From: Azolla caroliniana
Lineage: Eukaryota > Plantae > Polypodiophyta
Reading direction: 5' to 3'
Length of the DNA: 64,000 bases
NCBI GenBank assembly: GCA_043228905.1
Contig: JBHGNT010000002.1
Coordinates: forward strand, 4,154,001-4,218,000
Of the stretch, positions 52,830 to 64,000 are shown in pieces; the first letter of the stretch is position 1, and each line of letters starts with the position of its first letter. Position numbers and translations under genes: made by a program. Below the pieces are notes generated by a model. That model made no database searches and was not told the DNA's origin. It was given only the letters and a program-made list of their open reading frames with translations.

Positions 52830-54226
52830 ATATTCTTTCTTTGCAATTCCTAAGACCTCCTGTAGTGTGAACTCAATTCGGCTATCCAGGATCCTTTCTT
52901 CCATCACACGCTTAAGGTCGGTGGATTGCTCTATCTCCGATTGTAGTTTGAATGCCGGTCTGATTCTTTCCTTCCCTCTTTCAGTTATTGTTTGGGGCGG
53001 TGATGATTCCTCCCTTCTTTGAACAACTTCTCTTGTCCAACTTGATTTAATATGATTGGCCAAAATTCTCCTGCTTGAGACTCTTGGGCTCTCGTCTCAT
53101 GTCCAACTCGAGTTCCGGCGAATGAGGAATAGTAAACACTATTCACTTTGTTTTCTTCCATTTCCTCCATCAACTTCTTCATACCTCCTTGGCCAAAGTT
53201 GGTGTTGAGAGGACGTTGCATCATCGAGGAGTGAATCCAATTGTTGGAGAGATAAATGATATCTAGTCGGAGGGTATTTTGGAATTCTGAGCAATCTCTC
53301 CGCTGGTGTTCCAAAGAGTCACACCAAATACACCTGCGGGGAAAGTCCAGGTGATGACCCGGAAAACTTTGAGTTTCTTCCTTTCTAATTTGAGAGATTC
53401 TCATCTCTTGAAGCATTTCTACAAGTTCATCCATTGTGGCTCCTTCTATGGGCTGAGCCACTTCGTCATCCCTCGGTCTTTGGGCTTGTGGTTCTTGTCT
53501 TGCATTATGCGTTTGCTGGCCGATCTGTGCTGGAACACTCGATCTTGTCTCGCTGTCCCATTGTTGACACTCGATCAAAACATCCACATGCCCTCTTCAC
53601 TGCTGCCCAATCATAAATGAGGTCTTCATCGTTTTCTAGTAGTAGTCCAAGATCTCTTCGATCTTTCACATCTACTAATTTGACAAATAGGAGCACCTTG
53701 TTGGAATCGAGAATTGTTTTGTCAATTGCAGGCAGATGATCAAATCTTTGCTCGATTTCGTGGAGTGTTGCACTCACACTCAACTCTTTGTAAGTAGACT
53801 CCACCCATTCCATTAAATCCTTCTTTGTCATTCGAGATGAGTAACCAAACCCATATTCTTCAAGTAAACCTCATTCGAAAGATGACCATTCAGGATTGGC
53901 CTGTTGTAGCTCTCGGATCCAGGAGTAAAGACGTCAAGTTACAATCCTTGAGAAGCTTGCTACTTGTCTTGCCATAGAAATACCCTTTTTTTGCATTTTT
54001 GTTTTGTAAGCTTCAAGGTATCGTGTCACGTCTTTACCGTCAAAGCATCCGTTGGCATCCAGATCCTATCGATGGCAACGTCAAAGCTTGCGACATTGTC
54101 TCTCTCTTGAAGCATTTGGTCCATCATCCTCGCCAACGCTTTTGCTAGACTATCATTAGAGTCTCTAGCACTTGAAGTTCCGACCATCCTCCCTTGCCGT
54201 TTTTCACGTCGGGTTCACCAAATCTA
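52830..54226 (-). mobile_element. Truncated tRNA-Trp-primed Gypsy-like element (gag region), related to the nested element at 33814
   Basis: Same PBS on the minus strand (54203-54220), adjoining an LTR edge at 54227 (TGTCG on +). Gag FDGKDVTRYLEAYK, knuckle CIWCDSLEHQRRDC, and ILDSRIEFTLQEVLGIAK. The distal LTR end was not identified. Confidence 0.8.
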
Positions 54227-54376
54227 TGTCGCAGAAATCCGCGCCTGCGGGTCGGTCGAACAGGACCATTGGGGTCTTTGACCTGAATCGGGTGACTTGC
54301 GCTTGTAAGAAATCGAGCGTCGTTTAGGTTTACAATCGGGTCATACTTGTTGTCGAAGAAGCTTGTGTGGGTTGAC

Positions 54377-54413
<37 letters not shown>

Positions 54414-56133
54414 AGAAAATATTTACCGCACCACAAAGATGTCGTGAAGCACGTGACACATGTGCCAACGTCGCGATGTGCACAGACAAGCACCGGCCTC
54501 TATCCGCAAGTGGTGATGGAGGATCAAATGGATCATTTAAGACAATGAAGTGGAACTATCAGTGTTCTGGACCGGAAGGACTAGCACAAGCGAGAAAGTA
54601 TTAAAGATAGATGGTTGATAGATAGATAAGGACAAGAATTCCAATTCCCGGTTTGAACCTTTGACTTCAAAATTGTGAGACAAGACACATTACCAATGAG
54701 ACAACTATTATTATGCTATTGATTTCATACATTGCTTGATTTCCTTTCCCTTCCTTTCCTTCTTATATAGATGCCCCCATGCATATGATGCATGGAGGGT
54801 GTAAGACATGCATACAATGCATGAAATGCATGCGATGCATGATTGCCATTTGGTGCTCATGTATCACATGTGATGCATGATGACCATTTCCCTCATTCAA
54901 GCTCTCATGTACGAGCTATTACATGTGAAAAGTACAAAGAAGAAATAAACTTTAAAGAAAAGAACCTAGCTTGATGGTATGCCAATTGCCTCCTATCCTC
55001 GAGGTGTAAGGTTTAAAAATTTACTTGCACCTCATTGTATGTCACTAGGCCCTAGGCTTATTTTTATATCTTGTGTAATGAACACCTAAACACACATCAC
55101 ACGTGCACATTAGCGTGCTAACATACTGATAGGGTGTATAAGATAATAGATAGTTATACACTATATGAGGGCTTGACCAAACCGATTAGATGGAGTTGAA
55201 AATCATAATATATTATATAGCTCTAGGTAATTATGATTAGAGAGTATAACTCAAGAAACTAAGAAAAAAGATAGAGAAGGCGAGCAAGAAATAAGAATGT
55301 TTTGATATTCCAACATCAAGAGAATACAAAGGAGACAAACTCCACATTGAACTAAAACCAAAGACCTTCCTCTTCTAAGACACTTCCTCTTCCACAAAGA
55401 CACTTCTTCCTAACACTCCTCATCCACTCTTTGGCCTTCACTCTTAGCCCCCCTCCTCACTAATATCACTTCTTCTTTTATAACCTTCCTCTTCTTATCC
55501 ACGTTCATGCTATTTTTAGAAGCTTTTTATCTCCCTATTTTTAGCTATGACACATCGACCTTCTAATCGTCATATCTCCCTCATCCGATATCCAAATTAA
55601 GCGATTTAAAAAGCTATAGAAAGCTCTTTTTACAAGCTTTCTAATCCATATTTAAACGTGATATTTGGATAAACAACGAGGGAGTTATGACCATTCTATT
55701 TTTACTGTTTTTTATAGTCTGCGTTTTCTCTTTTTACTTTTCTCTTGGTCTCGTACTTTTACTTTTGACTTCTTCCCTAAGGTCTTAGTTCGTGTTCTTA
55801 TCCTCCAAATGTGAATTATCCATACTTTATATCCATCTAGTGTTCAATGGTTTGAATTCAAAAAACACTTTCACATTTAGCTCCCCCCCCCCCCTTGCTT
55901 GTTGAGCGAACCATTTATGGTGAGCCGAAGATAAAAAGAATAAAAAAAACTCCTTCGCCTTATGGTAGGCTATAGACAAAGAAGGAGAGAAGAAAAAGAA
56001 ACAAACTATGTGAGTAAAACCCCCGCTAGTCGGTAGGAAAAACCTCACACTCCTAGACACACCCACACACACATTGACAATTCCATCATCATCTTTCTCC
56101 TTGTCAACACAAAGAAAGAGGTTACCACAATCA

Positions 56134-57381
56134 TTATGTCTTCGTTAACTCTCCAAAGACTAGTAGGGCCATGGGATAAATCACTCTTGATAGCAGTAAG
56201 CATGTCAACATATAAATGAATCTTTCGAGCGAGCGCACCTTTTGCACAAATACTTTCAAAGCTTCAAGACTTGTCGGAATTGTCATCTTTGTAATTATGT
56301 TAATCTTTGAATCATCCACATGAAATCCTTTTTGGCACAACATATTGTCCACACTACCTTGTTTTGTATAAACAACCATTTTATCGACAATCTCATCTCG
56401 AGAAGGAAGTGAAAATTCATCTCGTTTGGTCGAATCATTCAAGGGTTTGAAATTGATCTCATTCTTCTTTGGAACCAAAACTATAGGTGACACACACCTC
56501 AAATCTTCCATCTTATAATTGGAACTTTCTTGTAACCATGCGTTGAACTCTTGCATAAATTCTTCCTTTTGTTCAACACTCAATTGCCGAAGCTTTGGGG
56601 AAATTGATACACTTTCCTTCAAGTTGATGTGGTATTTGTTGCAAGCTTCTCCTCTTATTCCAAAACACTTGATGAACACATCCTCCACTATGCTTGTGCA
56701 ATGCACCACTCCACTATCTACTACAACCACCCTTGTTGAAGATGACCTACTAATAGGAATTCCTACTTTGTTTACTACAAATTCAGAAATCAAGCTTACC
56801 CTAGCACCACTATCACCCAAGGCATCTTTGATGTGAACCCCTTTGATGGAGACAGGGATGATTGGTCGTATGTCCTTTCGATCTTCTACTCGCACGATCC
56901 CCACGTAATGCACGGTCTTTTGACTTTGGCAAATACTCACAAGCCTCCCCCACTCATTTTGTAATGTGGATGATAATTGGAGAAGTTGCGGCCATGTTAT
57001 CCTTGGTCCACTCGATATCAATTCATGCTTCCGATTGAAAGATTCTACACCTTCTCCCATAGGAATATCCTCCATCTTTATCTTCCTTCTAGAGTGTCTC
57101 CTTCTCAATTTGTCCTCTTTCTCATTCTCCTTAGACTTCTTCTTTTGTCTTGAGTCACTAGATTCTCCTTCAACTTCTTTCTCCTTTTGCGAGGCTCTTG
57201 TCCTTTTCACAAGAGCTACTTCACAAGCACTATCACTATCATCAATAAAATTAAGAAGATTCACATTATGAGGAATTGTAGGAACCTGAGTCATTGGAAG
57301 TGTTATGGATTCGCCTCCTTCGACTCCATTGTTGATAGGTCGTTGTCCATTCCGTTGCACTTCATACATGCCTCTTCCCAT
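56134..57381 (-). CDS. Aspartic protease plus internally deleted RT remnant (copies at 59332-60579 and 62530-63777)
   Basis: ALGDSGARVSLI protease motif. RT fragments VSPIVLVPKKN, FKPLNDSTKRDEFSLP and GFHVDDSKI are present, but the YxDD core, RNase H and integrase are not. Confidence 0.8.
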   Translation of the reverse strand: MGRGMYEVQRNGQRPINNGVEGGESITLPMTQVPTIPHNVNLLNFIDDSDSACEVALVKRTRASQKEKEVEGESSDSRQKKKSKENEKEDKLRRRHSRRKIKMEDIPMGEGVESFNRKHELISSGPRITWPQLLQLSSTLQNEWGRLVSICQSQKTVHYVGIVRVEDRKDIRPIIPVSIKGVHIKDALGDSGARVSLISEFVVNKVGIPISRSSSTRVVVVDSGVVHCTSIVEDVFIKCFGIRGEACNKYHINLKESVSISPKLRQLSVEQKEEFMQEFNAWLQESSNYKMEDLRCVSPIVLVPKKNEINFKPLNDSTKRDEFSLPSRDEIVDKMVVYTKQGSVDNMLCQKGFHVDDSKINIITKMTIPTSLEALKVFVQKVRSLERFIYMLTCLLLSRVIYPMALLVFGELTKT

Positions 57382-57501
57382 GCCTCTTTGTTGTCGATGA
57401 GGACATCTTGTTGAGATGTGTCCCTCCTCTTGACAAGAATAACAAATTACACCGTGATGCCCTCTAGAGCCACCACCATCGGGAATAGTGTTGCGAATTG
57501 C

Positions 57502-58236
57502 TTAGGATTGTTGCAAGTGGGCCATCACTTCATCAAAGCGCCGATTCACCAACGCCATTGTATCTTGTTCACTCTTCACTTGTTCCACTTCTTGAGATAT
57601 ACTTGTTGGGTTTATTGTTGTGGTGGTATACACATTTGGAAACACTTGTCCACCATGCACAATTGAAGATAAGGCTTGAAAGTTGGCACGAGGCATCAAA
57701 TTTGCACCCAAAGCCGTCATTTGGGGATCCCCCATGGAACTCATCATCTTCACTTGTCGATCATAATCTTGACAAACTTGGAGAAGAGCTTGAAAAGTCG
57801 TTGGATCCTTCAAGCTTGCCTCCAAACGGAAATGCATATCAAGGCCCACCTTAAATTGTTCTATCTTAAACCACTCGTCTTCGGTGCCACCACGAAGACG
57901 AATCCACGTCGTCCACAATTCTTGGAAATTTCGTTCATACTCTAAAAAACCAAAAGGTGATTCCATCTTTAGTTGAAAAAGCTCCTCCCTTACCTCAGTT
58001 GCACTTTTCCATTGAATATATCTTGTACGAAATTGATGCACCAATAATTGATATTCTCCTTGTTCATTTTGCGGAAGAGAGTCATACCAATCTCGAGCAC
58101 GACCATAGAATGTAGCTACCAACAAGGGCAACTTTTCGTTGTCGGTGATGCGTCCAATAGATATGGCATGATGCTCAAAGCATGCCAAAAAGGCACCAGC
58201 ATCTTGTGTTCTTTCACCCGAAAATGCAAATTGCAT
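57502..58236 (-). CDS. Retrotransposon Gag (copy 1; copy 2 at 60700-61434)
   Basis: FSGERTQDAGAFLACFE...GRARDWYDSL...QFRTRY...ELFQLKM retrotrans_gag-like pattern just after the PBS. Confidence 0.8.
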   Translation of the reverse strand: MQFAFSGERTQDAGAFLACFEHHAISIGRITDNEKLPLLVATFYGRARDWYDSLPQNEQGEYQLLVHQFRTRYIQWKSATEVREELFQLKMESPFGFLEYERNFQELWTTWIRLRGGTEDEWFKIEQFKVGLDMHFRLEASLKDPTTFQALLQVCQDYDRQVKMMSSMGDPQMTALGANLMPRANFQALSSIVHGGQVFPNVYTTTTINPTSISQEVEQVKSEQDTMALVNRRFDEVMAHLQQS

Positions 58237-61200
58237 AGCTAAGTTAATGTAATATAGTAACACAATTAAATGATAACTTCTCTTCCTATACGGAAAGGAT
58301 CGGCCCTCCCTGGAGCGCCAAAATTGATAGGGTGTATAAGATAATAGATAGTTATACACTATATGAGGGCTTGACCAAACCGATTAGATGGAGTTGAAAA
58401 TCATAATATATTATATAGCTCTAGGTAATTATGATTAGAGAGTATAACTCAAGAAACTAAGAAAAAAGATAGAGAAGGCGAGCAAGAAATAAGAATGTTT
58501 TGATATTCCAACATCAAGAGAATACAAAGGAGACAAACTCCACATTGAACTAAAACCAAAGACCTTCCTCTTCTAAGACACTTCCTCTTCCACAAAGACA
58601 CTTCTTCCTAACACTCCTCATCCACTCTTTGGCCTTCACTCTTAGCCCCCCTCCTCACTAATATCACTTCTTCTTTTATAACCTTCCTCTTCTTATCCAC
58701 GTTCATGCTATTTTTAGAAGCTTTTTATCTCCCTATTTTTAGCTATGACACATCGACCTTCTAATCGTCATATCTCCCTCATCCGATATCCAAATTAAGC
58801 GATTTAAAAAGCTATAGAAAGCTCTTTTTACAAGCTTTCTAATCCATATTTAAACGTGATATTTGGATAAACAACGAGGGAGTTATGACCATTCTATTTT
58901 TACTGTTTTTTATAGTCTGCGTTTTCTCTTTTTACTTTTCTCTTGGTCTCGTACTTTTACTTTTGACTTCTTCCCTAAGGTCTTAGTTCGTGTTCTTATC
59001 CTCCAAATGTGAATTATCCATACTTTATATCCATCTAGTGTTCAATGGTTTGAATTCAAAAAACACTTTCACATTTAGCTCCCCCCCCCCCCTTGCTTGT
59101 TGAGCGAACCATTTATGGTGAGCCGAAGATAAAAAGAATAAAAAAAACTCCTTCGCCTTATGGTAGGCTATAGACAAAGAAGGAGAGAAGAAAAAGAAAC
59201 AAACTATGTGAGTAAAACCCCCGCTAGTCGGTAGGAAAAACCTCACACTCCTAGACACACCCACACACACATTGACAATTCCATCATCATCTTTCTCCTT
59301 GTCAACACAAAGAAAGAGGTTACCACAATCATTATGTCTTCGTTAACTCTCCAAAGACTAGTAGGGCCATGGGATAAATCACTCTTGATAGCAGTAAGCA
59401 TGTCAACATATAAATGAATCTTTCGAGCGAGCGCACCTTTTGCACAAATACTTTCAAAGCTTCAAGACTTGTCGGAATTGTCATCTTTGTAATTATGTTA
59501 ATCTTTGAATCATCCACATGAAATCCTTTTTGGCACAACATATTGTCCACACTACCTTGTTTTGTATAAACAACCATTTTATCGACAATCTCATCTCGAG
59601 AAGGAAGTGAAAATTCATCTCGTTTGGTCGAATCATTCAAGGGTTTGAAATTGATCTCATTCTTCTTTGGAACCAAAACTATAGGTGACACACACCTCAA
59701 ATCTTCCATCTTATAATTGGAACTTTCTTGTAACCATGCGTTGAACTCTTGCATAAATTCTTCCTTTTGTTCAACACTCAATTGCCGAAGCTTTGGGGAA
59801 ATTGATACACTTTCCTTCAAGTTGATGTGGTATTTGTTGCAAGCTTCTCCTCTTATTCCAAAACACTTGATGAACACATCCTCCACTATGCTTGTGCAAT
59901 GCACCACTCCACTATCTACTACAACCACCCTTGTTGAAGATGACCTACTAATAGGAATTCCTACTTTGTTTACTACAAATTCAGAAATCAAGCTTACCCT
60001 AGCACCACTATCACCCAAGGCATCTTTGATGTGAACCCCTTTGATGGAGACAGGGATGATTGGTCGTATGTCCTTTCGATCTTCTACTCGCACGATCCCC
60101 ACGTAATGCACGGTCTTTTGACTTTGGCAAATACTCACAAGCCTCCCCCACTCATTTTGTAATGTGGATGATAATTGGAGAAGTTGCGGCCATGTTATCC
60201 TTGGTCCACTCGATATCAATTCATGCTTCCGATTGAAAGATTCTACACCTTCTCCCATAGGAATATCCTCCATCTTTATCTTCCTTCTAGAGTGTCTCCT
60301 TCTCAATTTGTCCTCTTTCTCATTCTCCTTAGACTTCTTCTTTTGTCTTGAGTCACTAGATTCTCCTTCAACTTCTTTCTCCTTTTGCGAGGCTCTTGTC
60401 CTTTTCACAAGAGCTACTTCACAAGCACTATCACTATCATCAATAAAATTAAGAAGATTCACATTATGAGGAATTGTAGGAACCTGAGTCATTGGAAGTG
60501 TTATGGATTCGCCTCCTTCGACTCCATTGTTGATAGGTCGTTGTCCATTCCGTTGCACTTCATACATGCCTCTTCCCATGCCTCTTTGTTGTCGATGAGG
60601 ACATCTTGTTGAGATGTGTCCCTCCTCTTGACAAGAATAACAAATTACACCGTGATGCCCTCTAGAGCCACCACCATCGGGAATAGTGTTGCGAATTGCT
60701 TAGGATTGTTGCAAGTGGGCCATCACTTCATCAAAGCGCCGATTCACCAACGCCATTGTATCTTGTTCACTCTTCACTTGTTCCACTTCTTGAGATATAC
60801 TTGTTGGGTTTATTGTTGTGGTGGTATACACATTTGGAAACACTTGTCCACCATGCACAATTGAAGATAAGGCTTGAAAGTTGGCACGAGGCATCAAATT
60901 TGCACCCAAAGCCGTCATTTGGGGATCCCCCATGGAACTCATCATCTTCACTTGTCGATCATAATCTTGACAAACTTGGAGAAGAGCTTGAAAAGTCGTT
61001 GGATCCTTCAAGCTTGCCTCCAAACGGAAATGCATATCAAGGCCCACCTTAAATTGTTCTATCTTAAACCACTCGTCTTCGGTGCCACCACGAAGACGAA
61101 TCCACGTCGTCCACAATTCTTGGAAATTTCGTTCATACTCTAAAAAACCAAAAGGTGATTCCATCTTTAGTTGAAAAAGCTCCTCCCTTACCTCAGTTGC

Positions 61201-64000
61201 ACTTTTCCATTGAATATATCTTGTACGAAATTGATGCACCAATAATTGATATTCTCCTTGTTCATTTTGCGGAAGAGAGTCATACCAATCTCGAGCACGA
61301 CCATAGAATGTAGCTACCAACAAGGGCAACTTTTCGTTGTCGGTGATGCGTCCAATAGATATGGCATGATGCTCAAAGCATGCCAAAAAGGCACCAGCAT
61401 CTTGTGTTCTTTCACCCGAAAATGCAAATTGCATAGCTAAGTTAATGTAATATAGTAACACAATTAAATGATAACTTCTCTTCCTATACGGAAAGGATCG
61501 GCCCTCCCTGGAGCGCCAAAATTGATAGGGTGTATAAGATAATAGATAGTTATACACTATATGAGGGCTTGACCAAACCGATTAGATGGAGTTGAAAATC
61601 ATAATATATTATATAGCTCTAGGTAATTATGATTAGAGAGTATAACTCAAGAAACTAAGAAAAAAGATAGAGAAGGCGAGCAAGAAATAAGAATGTTTTG
61701 ATATTCCAACATCAAGAGAATACAAAGGAGACAAACTCCACATTGAACTAAAACCAAAGACCTTCCTCTTCTAAGACACTTCCTCTTCCACAAAGACACT
61801 TCTTCCTAACACTCCTCATCCACTCTTTGGCCTTCACTCTTAGCCCCCCTCCTCACTAATATCACTTCTTCTTTTATAACCTTCCTCTTCTTATCCACGT
61901 TCATGCTATTTTTAGAAGCTTTTTATCTCCCTATTTTTAGCTATGACACATCGACCTTCTAATCGTCATATCTCCCTCATCCGATATCCAAATTAAGCGA
62001 TTTAAAAAGCTATAGAAAGCTCTTTTTACAAGCTTTCTAATCCATATTTAAACGTGATATTTGGATAAACAACGAGGGAGTTATGACCATTCTATTTTTA
62101 CTGTTTTTTATAGTCTGCGTTTTCTCTTTTTACTTTTCTCTTGGTCTCGTACTTTTACTTTTGACTTCTTCCCTAAGGTCTTAGTTCGTGTTCTTATCCT
62201 CCAAATGTGAATTATCCATACTTTATATCCATCTAGTGTTCAATGGTTTGAATTCAAAAAACACTTTCACATTTAGCTCCCCCCCCCCCCTTGCTTGTTG
62301 AGCGAACCATTTATGGTGAGCCGAAGATAAAAAGAATAAAAAAAACTCCTTCGCCTTATGGTAGGCTATAGACAAAGAAGGAGAGAAGAAAAAGAAACAA
62401 ACTATGTGAGTAAAACCCCCGCTAGTCGGTAGGAAAAACCTCACACTCCTAGACACACCCACACACACATTGACAATTCCATCATCATCTTTCTCCTTGT
62501 CAACACAAAGAAAGAGGTTACCACAATCATTATGTCTTCGTTAACTCTCCAAAGACTAGTAGGGCCATGGGATAAATCACTCTTGATAGCAGTAAGCATG
62601 TCAACATATAAATGAATCTTTCGAGCGAGCGCACCTTTTGCACAAATACTTTCAAAGCTTCAAGACTTGTCGGAATTGTCATCTTTGTAATTATGTTAAT
62701 CTTTGAATCATCCACATGAAATCCTTTTTGGCACAACATATTGTCCACACTACCTTGTTTTGTATAAACAACCATTTTATCGACAATCTCATCTCGAGAA
62801 GGAAGTGAAAATTCATCTCGTTTGGTCGAATCATTCAAGGGTTTGAAATTGATCTCATTCTTCTTTGGAACCAAAACTATAGGTGACACACACCTCAAAT
62901 CTTCCATCTTATAATTGGAACTTTCTTGTAACCATGCGTTGAACTCTTGCATAAATTCTTCCTTTTGTTCAACACTCAATTGCCGAAGCTTTGGGGAAAT
63001 TGATACACTTTCCTTCAAGTTGATGTGGTATTTGTTGCAAGCTTCTCCTCTTATTCCAAAACACTTGATGAACACATCCTCCACTATGCTTGTGCAATGC
63101 ACCACTCCACTATCTACTACAACCACCCTTGTTGAAGATGACCTACTAATAGGAATTCCTACTTTGTTTACTACAAATTCAGAAATCAAGCTTACCCTAG
63201 CACCACTATCACCCAAGGCATCTTTGATGTGAACCCCTTTGATGGAGACAGGGATGATTGGTCGTATGTCCTTTCGATCTTCTACTCGCACGATCCCCAC
63301 GTAATGCACGGTCTTTTGACTTTGGCAAATACTCACAAGCCTCCCCCACTCATTTTGTAATGTGGATGATAATTGGAGAAGTTGCGGCCATGTTATCCTT
63401 GGTCCACTCGATATCAATTCATGCTTCCGATTGAAAGATTCTACACCTTCTCCCATAGGAATATCCTCCATCTTTATCTTCCTTCTAGAGTGTCTCCTTC
63501 TCAATTTGTCCTCTTTCTCATTCTCCTTAGACTTCTTCTTTTGTCTTGAGTCACTAGATTCTCCTTCAACTTCTTTCTCCTTTTGCGAGGCTCTTGTCCT
63601 TTTCACAAGAGCTACTTCACAAGCACTATCACTATCATCAATAAAATTAAGAAGATTCACATTATGAGGAATTGTAGGAACCTGAGTCATTGGAAGTGTT
63701 ATGGATTCGCCTCCTTCGACTCCATTGTTGATAGGTCGTTGTCCATTCCGTTGCACTTCATACATGCCTCTTCCCATGCCTCTTTGTTGTCGATGAGGAC
63801 ATCTTGTTGAGATGTGTCCCTCCTCTTGACAAGAATAACAAATTACACCGTGATGCCCTCTAGAGCCACCACCATCGGGAATAGTGTTGCGAATTGCTTA
63901 GGATTGTTGCAAGTGGGCCATCACTTCATCAAAGCGCCGATTCACCAACGCCATTGTATCTTGTTCACTCTTCACTTGTTCCACTTCTTGAGATATACTT

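Larger units (their letters stand above)
39760..52830 (+). mobile_element. LINE (ORF1 plus APE-RT ORF2), decayed, interrupted by the DNA transposon and 3'-truncated
   Basis: ORF1 ~40047-40882 (coiled coil, RRSKNIVIRGIKE, FVSEDLT). ORF2 endonuclease starts ~40920 (LCFWNCNG), resumes at 49974 (GQGGVACL, FGDMNA, SVIDY, ESDH), then RT (FVDFKKTFD, GVKQGCPLSPTLF, LLYADD). 5' end approximate. Confidence 0.9.
55127..64000 (-). mobile_element. Head-to-tail tandem array (3198-bp period, at least 2.8 units) of a non-autonomous Gypsy element sharing LTRs
   Basis: LTR copies start (+) at 55127, 58325 and 61523 (~750 bp, to ~55875). Minus-strand PBS TGGCGCTCCAGGGAGGG (tRNA-Asn-like) at 58304-58320 and 61502-61518. 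G-run PPT at ~55881-55897. Identical ORF translations in each unit. Confidence 0.93.

Overview
Eukaryotic, land-plant-like genomic window. The intron and transposon content suggests a seed-free plant, but this is inference. Two host genes lie at the left: the 3' part of an XTH and a complete 6-exon acyl-ACP thioesterase. They are followed by about 50 kb of nested transposons: Copia and Gypsy relics, a full-length Athila-like Gypsy with a nested tRNA-Trp-primed gag-only LTR element, a LINE, and a head-to-tail 3198-bp LTR tandem array. The main finding is an 8.9-kb cut-and-paste DNA transposon (41049-49973) with 36-bp TIRs and a 4-bp GGTT TSD, inserted into the LINE. It carries two divergent genes: a Sola1-like DDE transposase and a 6-exon, ~974-aa protein fusing a ParB-like domain to a prokaryotic-type beta-class amino (N6-adenine/N4-cytosine) DNA methyltransferase. 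A nested palindrome array lies in the first intron of the MTase gene. A second, diverged and decayed paralog of the MTase with the same intron positions lies at ~24.8-26.9 kb, which suggests a family. All calls come from reading motifs by eye; no database searches were run.
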